DNA of 64,000 nt from Mobula hypostoma (lineage: Eukaryota), in contig NC_086097.1 in NCBI RefSeq assembly GCF_963921235.1, forward strand, positions 27,964,001 to 28,028,000, written 5' to 3'. Below are positions 51,265 to 64,000 of the stretch, one piece after another (position 1 is the first letter of the stretch; each line of letters begins with the position of its first letter). A program made the position numbers and the translations under genes. The notes under the pieces are model-generated. The model had not been told where the DNA came from and made no database searches. It was given only the letters and a program-made list of their open reading frames with translations.

Positions 51265-53972
51265 TCTTGATACGGCAATCAGACCTGATGGCTTCTCGAT
51301 TCACAGAATGAATCTAACTGCTGATTCGGAAAAGGCAAAAGGTGGAGGTGTGTGTTTCATGATAAACTCGGTGGTGCTCCGATGCGGCGGCTTTGTCAAA
51401 CTTGTGTTCCCCTGATTTTGACACCCAAAGGTCAAATTCCAACCATTTTATTTACCTAGAATTCTCCTCCATAATCCTGTCTACAGTTTACATACCACTA
51501 GCAGTTGACTATAATCACTTTAAAACACTTCAAATACTGCATGATGTTGTCTCCAAATAAAAAAGTCCATCCAGAAGCATTTCAAATCATAATTGAGGAC
51601 TTCAACCAGGCTTGTTTGAAGAAAACCCTGCCCAATTACGGTACATCAACATATAACCTGTAGCACCAGAGATTCCAACACACAAAACCACTGTTATACT
51701 CAATAAGGAATGCCTTCCGTTCCATGCCCAGACTGCATTTCAGTAAATCTAATCACTTAGCTGTCCTTCTTCTACCTGCATATACGCAGAGGCTAAAGAG
51801 AGATTAGGACAACAAAAGAAGTGGTCGCGGGAGGCAAAGAAGCAGCTACGGGGTTGTTTCAAGTCAGCGGACTGGGCCGTGTCCAAGGACTCATCTGTGA
51901 ATCTGAATGAATACACCACGGTTGTCATAGACTTTATCAAAACAGTTGTAGTTGAGTGTGTCCCCACAAAATCATTCAGAGTCTTCCCCAACCAAAAGTC
52001 TTGGATGAACCATGATATCCGCAATCTGCTGAGGGCCAGATCAGAGGCATTCAAATCTGGAGACCAAGAAAGTTACAAGAGTTCCAGGTACTATCTCTGG
52101 AAAGGCATCTCATGGGCAAAGTGGCAATTCCAGATTAAACTTGAATCAACAAAGGATGCTCAACAGTTGTGGCAGGGCTTGAATATTATCATCTCTTATA
52201 AAGTTAAATCAAATGACACAGTGACAACACGGCTTTGGTTCCAAATGAGCTCAATGCCTTCAATGCTTGCTTTGACCATCAAAACATGGAGGAACCATGA
52301 ACTCGCACTGCCACAGATGATCCTATGATTTCAGTCTCTGAGGTCGATGTGTGAACAGCCTTCGGGGGTGGGGGGGGGGTGAATCCACGGGAAGGACCCG
52401 GCCCAGACAAGGTATCTAGCCTGTGCTAATCAACTGGCTAGGATGTTCACAGGAATCTTTAACTTCTCACTTGGGCAGTCTGAGGGACCCACCTGCTTCA
52501 ATCAAGCTTCATTATACTGGTACCAAGAGGAACTTGGCAACCCGCCTCAATGACCATCATCCAGGGGCACTTGGATCATCATGCGATGAAGTGTTTTGAG
52601 AGGTTAACAATTAAACACATCAACTACTGCCTGAGGAAACACCTTAAATCCACTCCAAATTTGCCTACCTCAAAAGTCATCTCTTGGCTCTTCAGTCAAC
52701 CCTGGAACATCTGGACAGCAAAGATGCATATAACAGGATGCTCTGTATCAACTTCAGCTTGGCATTCAATACTATCAGCCCCTTAAGGCTAATCAATAAG
52801 CTTCAAGACCTTGGCCTCAATACTTCCTTGTGCAACTGGATCCCTGATTTCCTCACTTGCAAACCCTAGTCAGTTCAGATTGGCAACAATCCTCCACAAT
52901 CTCCATCAGCACAGGTGCACCACATTGTTGTGTGCTTAGCCTGTTGCTCTGCTTGGTTTACACTTATGATTGTGTGGCTAAGCACACCTCCAATGCCATA
53001 TTCAAGATTGCTGTTGAAACTGCTATCACAGGCTGAAACAGCTTATAGGAAGGAAGTTGAAAACCTTGCTGAGTGGTGCTATAACAACAACCTCAACTCA
53101 CTGTCGGCAAGACCAAGGAGCTGATCATTGACTTCAGGAGGAGGAAACCATGAGCCAGGCTTCCTTGGAGGATCAGAGTTGGAGGGGGTCAGGAGCTTTA
53201 AATTCCATGGTGTTACTATTTCAAAGGACCTGTCCTGGGTCCAGCACCCAAGTGCAATTTGAAGAAAGCATGGCAGCACTTCTACTTTGTTAGGAGTTTG
53301 CTTGGATTCTGCATGACATCTGAAACTTCGATGAACTTTTACAGATGTGTCGAGGAGAGTATATTGACTGGCTGCGTCCCAGCCTGATACGGAACACTAA
53401 CACCCTTAAATGGAAAATCATACAAAAAGTAGTTGATGTAGCCCAGACCATAATGAGTAAAACTCTCAACATTACTGAGCACACCTACATGAGGCGCTGT
53501 TGCAGGAAGGCAGCACACATCATCAAGGACCCCCCCGCCACCACCCAGGACATGCCTCTTCTCACTACTGCCATCAGGAAGGTGATATTGGAGCCCCAGG
53601 ACTCACACCACCAGGTTTGGGAACAGTTATTACCCCTCAAACATCAGGCTCTTGAACAAAGGGGATAACTTCACACAACTTCACTTGCCCCATCACTGAA
53701 AAGTTCCCACAACCTGTGGACTCACTGACAAGGGTTCCATCTCATGCTCTTGATATGTATTGTTCTACTACTGCTACTTCTTTCTTTTTGTATTTACAGT
53801 TTGGTGTCTTTTGTACACTGATTGACTACCCAAGCTGGTGCGGTCTTTCAGTGATTCTACTATAGTTATTATTCTATTATGGATTTATTTAGTACGCCTG
53901 CAAGAAAATCATTCTCAGGGTTGTACATGGTGACATATGTACTTTGATAATAAATTTACTTTGAAATTTGAA
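51265..53972 (+). mobile_element. Rex1/Babar-type LINE, long degenerate copy (APE endonuclease and RT)
   Basis: GGGVCF.I, DFNQA, RVFPNQKSWMN (51879-52328), MKCFERL and FSLAFNTI motifs; tail actttgataataaatttactttga. Confidence 0.87.
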
Positions 53973-54110
53973 GCAGTTCCTAGTTATTCCCACAGAGGTG
54001 GTGCAGAAACCTGCACAATTGTAATTCAGGTGCACAGTATCACGAAAAAAAGACAATAAAAACAACTGTTATAGGAAGCTGCCAATCAGCTTGTTAAAAA
54101 AAAACATTTT

Positions 54111-54365
54111 GCAAACACAAGAATTTCTGCAGATACTGGAAATCTTAAGCAACACACATACAAAATGCTAAAGGAACTTAGTAAGTCAGGCTGCATCAAT
54201 GGAGGGGAGTAAACGGTCGATGTTTCAAGTCAAGACCCTTCATCAGACTGAAAAGGAAAGAGGCAGAAGCAAGAATAAGAAGGTGGGGTTGGGGAAAGGA
54301 GTACAAGCTGGTAGGGGATAAGCAAGACCAGTGAGGGAATAAAGGGGAGAGAAGGGTAGAAAAGT
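54111..54365 (-). mobile_element. PLE pseudo-LTR fragment
   Basis: caaacacaagaatttctgcagatactggaaatcttaagcaacacac...cccttcatcagactg. Confidence 0.75.
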
Positions 54366-54368
54366 TAA

Positions 54369-56765
54369 AGACCATAAGACCATAAGATATAGGAGCAGAA
54401 GTAGGCCATTCAGCCCATCGAGTCTGCTCCGCAATTTGATCATAGATTGATCCAATTTTTCCAGTCATCCCCACTCCCCTGCCTTCTCCCCATACTCTTT
54501 GATGCCCTGGCTAATCAAAAAGCTATCCATCTCTGCCTTAAATGTACCCAATGACCTAGCCTCCACAACTGCTCATGGCAACAAATTCAACACCCTCTGA
54601 CTGAAGTAATTTCTCTGCATCTCTTTTCTAAATGGACATCCTTCAATCCTGAAGTCATGCTCTCTTGTCTGAGACTCCCCTACCATGGCAATGGTAATGC
54701 TAATGTGTTCAGGCCCTTTAACATTTGGAATGTTTCTATGAGATCTCCCCCTCATTCTCCTCAACTCCAGGGAATACAGCCCAAGAGCTCCAGACATTCC
54801 TCATACAGTAACCCTTTCATTCCTGGAATCATTCTCGTGAATCTTCTCTGAACCCTCTCCAATATCAGTATGTCCTTTCTAAAATAAGGAGCCCAGAACT
54901 GCACACAATACTCCAAGTGTGGTCTCACGAGTGCCTTATAGAGCCTCAGCATCACATCCCGGTTCTTATATTCTATACCTTTAGAAATGAATGCCAACAT
55001 TGCATTCGCCTTCTTCACCACCAACTCAACCTGGAGGTTAACCTTTAGGGTATCCTGCATAAGGACTCCTAAGTCCTTTTCCATCTCTGTATCCTGAATT
55101 CTCCCCCGACCTAAATAATAATCTTCCTGTTTATTTCTTCCACAAAAGTGCATGACCAGACACTTTCCAACATTTCATTTCATTTGCCATTTCTTTGCCC
55201 ATTCCCCGAAAATATCTAAGTCTCTCTGCTGGTTCTCTGCTCCCTCACCACTACCCGCTCTTCCACCTATCTTTATGTCATTGGCAAATATAGCCACAAA
55301 TTCATTAATCCCATAGTCCAAATCATAGTGAAAAGCAATGGTCCAAACACCGACCCCTATAGAACTCCACTGGTAACCGGCAGCCAGCCAGAATAGGATG
55401 CCTTTATTCCCATTCTCTGTTTTCTGCCGATTAGTCAATGCTCTACCCACACTACTGACTTCCCTGTAATTCCTTGGGCGGTTTGTAATTTCCTCAATAA
55501 ATTACAGTAGGCTAGTCAGGCAAGATTTTCCTCTCAGGAAACCATGCTGGCTTTGACCTATCTTGTCATGTGCCTCCATAACCTCATCCCTAACAATTAA
55601 TTCCAACAACTTCCCAACCACTGATGTCAGGCTAACAGGTCTATAGTTTCCTTTCTGCTGTCTCCCACCCTTCTTAAATAGCGGAGTAACATTTGCAATT
55701 TTCCAGTCATCTGGTACAATGCCAGAATCTATCGATTCTTAAAAGATCATTGTTAATGCCTCCGTAATCTCTCCAGCTACTTCCTTCAGAAGCCTGAGGT
55801 GCATTCCATCAGGTCCAGGAGATTTATCCCCCTTCAGACCATTAAGCTTCCTGAGCACCTTCTCAGTCATAATTTTCACTGCACAAACTTCAATTCCCTG
55901 ACACTCTTGAATGCCCGGTATACTGCAGATGTCTTCCACTGTGAAGACTGATGCAAAATACACTTCAGTTCCTATGCCATCTCTGTGTCTCTCATTACAA
56001 TATCTCCAGCATCATTTTCTATTGGTCCTATATCTGCCTTTAACTCTCTTTTACCCTTTATATACTTTAAAAATCTTTTAATATCTTCTTTGATATTTGT
56101 CACCAGCTTCCTTTCATAATTTATCTTTTCCTTCCTAATGACAGTCTTAGTTTCCTTCTGTAAGTTTATAAAAGCTTCCCAATCCTCTATCTCCCCACTA
56201 ACTTTGACTTCCTTCTATGCCCTCTTTTTTGCTTTTACTTTGGCTCTGACTTCACTTGCCAGTCACGGTGGTATCCTTCTTCCAGTCGAAGATTTCTTCT
56301 TATTTGGAAAATATCTGTCTTTCATTTCCCTTATTTTTTGCAGAAACTGCAACCATTGTTTCTCTGCTGTCCTTCCTGCTAGTGTCTCTTTCCAGTCAAC
56401 TTTGGCTAGTTCCCCTCTCATGCCATTGTAATTTCCTTTATTCCACTGAAATACCAACACTTTGGAATTTAGTTTTTCCTTCTCAAATTTCAAAGTGAAC
56501 TCGATCATATTGTGATCACTGTTCCCGAAGGGTTCCTTAACCTTAAGCTCTCTTACCACCTCCAGATCATTGCAGAACACCCAATCCAGCACAGCCGATC
56601 CCCTAGCGGGCTCAACAACAAGCAGTTTTAAAAAGCCATCTCTTAGACATTCTATAAATTCTCTCTCTTGCCCTTCAGACATGCCTTTTCTATCTCCTGC
56701 TGTAATTTGTAATCCACACCCCAGCTGCTGGTTGGAAGCTTGTATACAACTGCCATTAGGGTCCT
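54369..56765 (-). mobile_element. CR1 LINE
   Basis: Tail (CTTATGGT)2; ORFs 54761-55153, 55739-55963 and 56263-56682 (SDHNMIEF). Confidence 0.9.
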
Positions 56766-56900
56766 TAAAGGCTGACGGAGGAGGAATCTAATAAACGAGG
56801 GCAGTGGACCATGCAAGAAAGGGAAGGAGGGGAAACAGAGGGTGATAAAAGAAGGGGGAAAGTCAGAGAAATTGGTGTTCATGCCATGTGGTTGGAAACT
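56766..56900 (-). mobile_element. PLE fragment (endonuclease end)
   Basis: gaaagtcagagaaattggtgttcatgccatgtggttgga (reverse strand: MNTNFSDF). Confidence 0.6.
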
Positions 56901-58159
56901 ACTTTGTTTGTGATCATAAATATGATATCAATGCAGCAAGTATGCAATCAAAGAGCAACTCCCAGAATGGCAAAGATTATATGTACTTTATAGGATGTGG
57001 ACACTGCTTCAAAAAAAAAAATAAATTAGCATTTATTATCCTTCTCTAATTGACTTTGACAAAGCAGTCAACCCAAGTTAAAGTCAAATGTAGGACAGAC
57101 TATTTGCAAACCAGGAAAATTTCATGGTTCCCATTACTAATTTGCTATGTTTCCTTTAATTCCAGATTTATTTAGTTACTTATATTCTAATTCCTCCAAT
57201 TTTTTGCTGTTGAACACTCATTTAGTAATTTAACCATCATGCTATTGTATGCATGTTGTTTATACACAAACAAACAAAAGCCAAATATTAACCTTGTAGT
57301 CCACATGGAATGAAAACAGAGCTGAAGGACAATGGGGTAAAATGCCATTTGCTGAAAAGGCTAAAGTCAGATCTAGCAGCTCACCATTACTACCTCAGTA
57401 CAAACAATAGCATTCCTCTCACCTCACATAGTTTCTTTTGAGTTTGGCCATCATCCTAATTGCACAATATATTCAGTGGGGCAAATCAACCAAGAACAAT
57501 TCAGAGAACTCTGAAGTAGTCCTATGCAAATCCACTCAAAAAAAACTAGTAACTACAAGCACCCAAAATTAACCCAAGACTGAATAGTGCCAAGTATTGC
57601 CAATACCAGCCATGGGCTGCTTCGTTATTTGAGGACTCATAAATATAACTGATATTTACATTCCCACTTCCAAATGTATAGGAGGGGACAGAACACTGAA
57701 GGAAGTAGTTGAAGGTGGTTGCGCCTAGGATACAAGCCTTGCAATTTCTCCCGATAAATTATTGGAGTTGAATTGCTCTTTCTCCAAAACTCTTTGATCC
57801 TGGTTTGCTGGTAGAACCCCAACTGAGCTTCAGTGAGCATTTCTGGTGACAGCACTGATGATATGTCCTACTATCACTTTGTTGATGAATGAGATGATTG
57901 ATCGATTGGTTTTTATGCACACTGGATCTGTCCCACTTTTTTCAAATAGCTGATTTTCCACATTGCTGTCATTGCTGTAAGTGTACCAGAACACCTTGGC
58001 TAGAGGTAATAGTTTGATCCAATTCCAGTGGTGTCAACAGTTTGATATTGCTGGAAGTGAAAGGAAATAGCTGAGAGCTGGCTCTGTAATAAATAAAGGA
58101 CTCACAGTAGGCAGTGATATACTATCCATCAGGTAGTTATGGCTTATGATAATTACACA

Positions 58160-61100
58160 GAAATGCAGAAAACCTACCGCACAATACAGGCCCTTTGGCC
58201 CACAATGCTGTGCCAAACCTGTACTTACATTAGAAATTACCTAGAGTTACCCACAGCCCTCTATTTTCCTAAGCTCCATGTACCTATCCAAGAGCCTCTT
58301 AAAAGACCCTATTGGATCTGCCTCCACCACCGTTGCCAGCAGCTCCTTCCACTCTCTGCTCTCTTTAAAAAAAACTTAACCCTGACATCTCCTCTGTACC
58401 TACTTTCAAGCACCTTAAAACTGTGCCTTCTTGTGTTAGCCATTTCAGGTCTGGGAAAAAGCCTCTGACTATCCACATGATCAATGCCTCTCATCATCTT
58501 GTACACCTCTATCAGGTCACCTCTCATCCTCCATCATTCAAAGGATAAAAAGGCCAACTTCACTCAACCTATTCTCATAAGGCATGCTCCCCAATCCAGA
58601 CAACATCCTTGTAAATCTCCTCTGTACCCTTTCTATGGTTTCCATATCCTTCCTATAGTCAAGTGACCAGAACTGAGCACAGTACTTCAAGTGGGGTCTG
58701 ACCAGGGTCCTATTTAGCTGTAACATTACCTCTCAGCTCTTGAACTCAATCCAATGATCGATGAAGGCCAATGTACCGTATGCCTTCTTAACCACACAGT
58801 CAAACTGCACAGCAGCTTTGCGTGTCCTATGGAATCTGACCCCAAGGTCCCTCTTATCCTCCACACTGCCAGGAATCTTACCATTAATACTATATTCTGC
58901 CATCATATTTGATCGACCAAAATGAACCACCTCACACTTACCTGGGTTGAACTCCTTCTGCCACTTCTCAGCCCAGTTTTGCATCCTATCAATGTCCCGC
59001 TGTAACCACCGACAGCCCTCCACACTAACCACAATACCCCCAACCTTTGTGTAATCAGCAAATTTACTAACCCATCCCTCCACTTCCTCATCCAGCTCAC
59101 TTATAAAAATCATGAAGAGAAGGAGTCCCAGAACAGATCACTGAGGCATACCACTGGTCACCAACCTCCATGCAGAATATGACCTGTCTACAACCACTTT
59201 GCCTTCTGTGGGCAAGCCAATTCTGGATCCACAAAGTAAGGTCCCCTTGGATCCCATGCCTCCTTACTTTCTCAGTAAGCCTTGCATGGGGTACTTTTGT
59301 CAAATGCCTTGCTGAAATCCATACACACTGCATCTACTGCTCTACTTTCATCAATGTGTTTAGTCACATCCTAAAAAAATTCAATCAGGCTCATGAGGCA
59401 TGACCTGCCTTTGACAAAGCCATGCTGACTATTCCTAATCATATTATGCCTCTCTAAATGCTCATAAATCCTGCCTCTCAGGATCTTCTCCATCATCTTA
59501 CCAACTACTGATGTAAGACTCACTGGTCTATAATTTCCTGGGCTATCTCCACTCCCTTTCTTGAATAAGGGAGCAACATCTGCAACTTTCCAATCCTCCG
59601 GAACCTCTCCCGTCACAATTGATGATGCAAAGATCATTGCCAGAGGTTCAGCAATCTCATCCAACTTGATGCTTTCCAAAAGCTCCAGCACATCCTCTTT
59701 CTTAATGTCTATATGCTCAAGCATTTCAGTCTGCTGCAAGTCATCCCTACAATCGTCAAAGTCCCTTTCCATAGTGAAAACTGAAGCAAAGTATTCATTC
59801 AGTACCTGCACTACCTCCTCCGGTTCCATATACACTTTTCTACTGTCACACTTGATTGGTCCCATTCTCTCATGTCTTATCCCCTTGCTGTTCACATACT
59901 TGTAGAATACCTTGGTGTCTTCTTAATCCTGTCCGCCAAGGCCTTCTCATGGTCCCTCCTGGCTCTCCTAATTTTATTTTTAAGCTCCTTCTCACTAGCC
60001 GTATAATTTTCTAGATCTCTATCATTACCTAGCTTTTTGAACCTTTTGTAAGTTTTTCTTTTCTTCTTGACTAGATTTTCAACAGCCATTGTACACCATT
60101 GCTCCTGTACCCTACCAACTTTTCCCTGTCTCACTGGAATGTACCTATGCAGAATGCCACACAAATATCCCCGGAACATTTGCCACATTTCTGCCATACA
60201 TTTCCCTGAAAACATCTGCTCCTAATTTATACTTCCAAGTTCCTGCCTGATAGCTTCACATTTCCCCTTAATCCAATTAAACACTTTCCCAACTTGTCTG
60301 CTCCTATCCCACTCTAGTGCTAGGGTAAAGGAGATAGAATTGTGATCACTATCTACAAAATGCTCTCCCACTAAGAGACCTGACACCTGACCAGGTTCAT
60401 TTCCCAATACCAGATCAAGTACAGCCTCTCCTCTTGCAGGCTTATTTACATACAGTATTGTGTCAGGAAATCTTCCTGAACACAACTAAAAAACTCCACC
60501 CCATCTAAACCCCTTGCTCTAGGGAGATGCCAATAAATAATGGGGTAATTAAAATTTCCCATCACAACAACCCTGTTATTATTGCACAGTTCCAGAATCT
60601 GTCTCCCTATCTGCTCCTTCATGCCTGTTACTATTGGGTGGTCTATATAAAAAAAACACCCAGTAGAGTTACTGACCGCTTCCTGTTTCTAACTTCTACC
60701 CACAGAGATTCAGTAGATGACCCTCCATGACTTACTCCTTTTCTGCAGCCATGACACTATCTCTGACCAGCAGTGCCACACCCTCATCTCTTCTGACCCC
60801 TCTCCCTGTCCTTTCTGAAACATCTAAAGCCTGGCATTCTAAGTAGCCATTCCTGCCCCTGAGCCATCTAAGTCTCTGTAATGGCCACAACATCTTAGCT
60901 CCAAGTGCTGATCCACTCTCTAAGCTCATCAGCTTTGTTCATAATACTCCTTGCATTAAAATAGACAGCCAGCTGGTGCTGTAATAGCATCAAGCCGGAC
61001 TTCAGAGAAAAGGCTCCCGAGTTCGGTTCCAGTCGGTTCCCTTGCACTCTTTCCATCCGTGCTGGGTTGAGCGTCCAGTTAGCAATGTGACCTCATAAAA

Positions 61101-62025
61101 ATAAGACAGCCTTCTAAAAAAAACGCTGTCATGACGGCATCCTGATGACTCCACTCGGAGTCAAGGGCTTTCTTCTATTAAAATAGACACATCTCAAACC
61201 ATCGGTCTGAGTGCATCCCTTCTCTATCACCTGTCTATCCTCTCTCTCACACTGCCTACAAGCTTTCTTTCTCTATTTCTGACCCAACCACCTCTTCCTC
61301 CAGCTCTTCAGTTTTGCTCCCCCCTCCCCCCCCCCCCCAGCAATTCTAGTTTAAACTCTCTCCAATAGTCTTAGCAAACTTCCCTGCCAGGATATTGGTC
61401 CGCCTCAGATGCAAGTACAATCCACCCTTATTGTACAGGTCACACCTGCCCCAAAAGAGGTCCCAATAATCCAGAAATCTGAATCTCTGCCCTCTGCTCC
61501 AATTCCTCAGCCACGCATTTATCCTCCAACTCAGTCTATCCCTATACTCACTGTCGCATGGTACAGGCAGTAATCCCGAGATTACAACGCTTGTAGTCCT
61601 GCCTCTATCCTTCTTTCCCAACTCCCTGTAGTCTGTTTTCAGGACCTCCTCCCTTTTCCTACCTATGTCGTTGGTACCAGTATGTATCACGACCTCTGGC
61701 TGTTCACCTTTCCACTTTAGGATATTGTAGATGCGATCAGAAACATCCTGGAGGAAAACTACCATCAGTGTTTCTTTCCTGCTACCACAGAATCGCCTGT
61801 CTGACCCCCTAACTATAGAGTCCCTCACTGCTGCCATCCTCTTCCTTTCCCCACCCTTCTGAGCCACAGGGCCAGACTCTGTGCCAGAGACACAGTTGCT
61901 TCCCTCAGGTAGGTCCTCCCACCACCCCGCGCCCACCAACAGTACTCAAACAGGAGTACTTATTATTAAGGGGGACAGCCACAGGGGTACTCTCTAGCAT
62001 CTGACTCTTCCCCTTCCATCTCCTG
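58160..62025 (-). mobile_element. Near full-length degenerate CR1 (ORF1 SGNH esterase and ORF2 APE-RT)
   Basis: ORF1 61346-61939 DSIVRG...HTGTND...RINAWL...LDYWDLFW; ORF2 pieces 58309-60929 include SDHNSI, NYRPVSLTS and FADYTK. Confidence 0.92.
60968..61176 (+). mobile_element. 209-bp tRNA-derived SINE inserted in CR1
   Basis: TSD attaaaatagaca at 60955-60967 and 61177-61189; A-box-like tggtgctgtaatag, B-box gagttcggttcc; tail ctttcttct. Confidence 0.8.
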
Positions 62026-62029
62026 AAGG

Positions 62030-64000
62030 TAATGTCTTCGGCAGTTTGAACGGGGCACAACTGCGCAAGAGTGTGAAAGTCGGCCAGTAAGACACCAGGA
62101 GAGTTTAAAAAGCGAGCAGATTAACGGAGCCGGCTACAGAGTAGTGGGAGACAGAGTAGGAAGGCTTTGGCTCGAGAGGCTTCGGTGAGTTGCTCCCAGT
62201 GAGGTAAGGCCAGGTCTGCGCAGGCGCATGACGTCAAGAGCACGGAAGGCTTAAAAAGAACACCACCATATCCAGCGGATAGGGCTCAGGCGGAAACGGG
62301 AAGAGGCTTCCTGCGACTGTTGAGTCTCATAGTAAAGAGGTAAGTTACAGGTTTATTTATTTAGTAATAACAGCAGCATTAGAGGTATGCATCTAGGATT
62401 AGAGTTGTGCTTGGAGTGCCAGATGTGGGGACCCTAGGAGACTCCCAGCCTCCCCAAGGATTACATCTGCATTGAGATGAGGCTCTTTAAGGACCATGTT
62501 AGGAATCTGGAGCTGCAACTTGATGACCTTCAGCTAATTAGGGAAAGTGAGGAGGTGATTGATTATACCTATACAGAGATAGTGGACAGCATCTCTGTGA
62601 CAGTCCCCCTCAGAAATCGATATATCGTTTTAGATACTGTTGGAGACGTTGACCTGACAGAGGAAGACCACAGCGAACGGGACTCTGGCACTCTGCCCAG
62701 TGCCGTGATCAAGAGAGCAAGGAGAAATGCAGTAGTTACAGGGGATTCTATAATGAGGGGAACAGAGAAGAGATTCTGCTAGCCGGACAAGGATACCCGG
62801 ATGGAGTGTTGCCTCCCTGGTGCCAGGGTACGGGATGTTTCAGATCGGGTCCAGAGTATTCTGAGGAGAGAGAGCGAGAAGCCAGAAGTCTTGGTACATG
62901 TTAGTACCAATGACATAGACAGAAAAAGAGAGGAGGTCCCGAAGGAAGATTACTGGGAGCTAGGAAGAAAATGGAAAAGTCAGATCTCCAGAGTAATAAT
63001 CTCAGGATTACTGCCTGAGCCACGCGCTAATGAAGGTAAAAATAGCAGAATTAAGCAGATGAATGTGTGGCTAAGTAACTGGTGCAGGGGGCAAGGTTTC
63101 AAAGTCTTGGATCATTGGGATCTATTTTGGGTGAGGTATGACTTATAAAAAAAAATTATGGGTTACACCTGAACTCAAAGGGTACTAATATCCTGGCGGG
63201 ATTGTTTAATATAGCTGTTACGGAGGGTTTAAACATGTTGGCGGGGGAAGGAAACCAGGGTGTTAGGGTCAAGGAAGAGGAAAATAGAAATAAGTCAAAG
63301 ATACTGTGCAGCAAAGATGGCAAGAAGGACAGGCAGATGAATAGACAGGATAATTTGCTGAGCGATAGAAATATAGAAAAATCGGTAACAGATACTGATC
63401 TAAACGTACTGTACTTAAATGCACGCAGCATTAGAAATAAAGTGGATGACCTTGTTGTACAGCTACAGGTTAAAAGATATGACATTGTGGCCATCACTGA
63501 GTCATGGTTAAATGATGGATGCGATTGGGAGCTGAATGTCCAAGGATACACAGTGTACAGGAAAGATAGGTAGGTAAAGCGGGTAGTGTGGCCCTGATGG
63601 TAAGCAACGATATCAAATCACTAGAAAGAAGGGACATAGGATCAGAAGAGGTAGAATCCTTATGGGTCGAGTTAAGAAATAGCAAGGGTAAAAAGACACT
63701 AATAGCAGTTATATACATGCCTCCAAACAGCAGCTGGGATGTGGACTACAAGTTGCAGCTTGAAATAGAAAAGCGTATCATAAGGAAAATGTCAAGATAA
63801 TTATGGGGGATTTTAATATGAAAGTGGATTGGGGAAGTCAGGAAGGTACTGGATCTCAGAAGAGGGAGTTTATAGAATGCCTATGGGATGGCTTTTTGGA
63901 GCAGCTTATCCATAAGCCCACCAGGGGGTCGGCTGCTTTGGATTGGGTGCTGTGTAATAAACCTGAGGCGATTAGGGAGCTGGAGGTATTGGGACCCCTT
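62030..64000 (+). mobile_element. CR1 5' portion: CpG-rich 5' UTR, ORF1 (Zn-finger, coiled coil, SGNH esterase) and ORF2 APE endonuclease start; runs off the window
   Basis: CLECQMW...YIC; LELQLDDL; GDSIMRG; STNDI; LNARSIRNK...AITESWL; MGDFN. Confidence 0.9.

Noticed and set aside
61140..61170. CTGATGA plus hairpin in the SINE tail as a hammerhead
   Set aside because: No GAAA follows the stem, so the catalytic core is incomplete

Overview
Vertebrate genomic DNA, most likely a cartilaginous fish (shark/ray; inferred from the repeat families only). The window lies inside a minus-strand protein kinase gene, RPS6KA5 (MSK1). Three internal coding exons of the N-terminal kinase domain (219, 116 and 108 bp) have clean AG/GT boundaries and compatible phases, and are separated by 18.9 kb and 20.5 kb introns. 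The rest is intron densely filled with transposable elements: many CR1 LINE copies, Rex1/Babar-type LINEs, Penelope-like elements (PLEs; RT + GIY-YIG) with inverted pseudo-LTRs, an ORF2-deleted L1, a Chapaev3-type DNA transposon, Tc1 and Tigger-like remnants, a probable solo LTR and several SINEs. The most notable non-coding signal is a minimal hammerhead-ribozyme motif in the PLE terminal repeats. It also occurs in tiny (~190-240 bp) hairpin-shaped insertions flanked by target-site duplications (TSDs). Almost all ORFs in the supplied track are TE fragments or noise. TE boundaries without TSDs are approximate and all family assignments are by eye.
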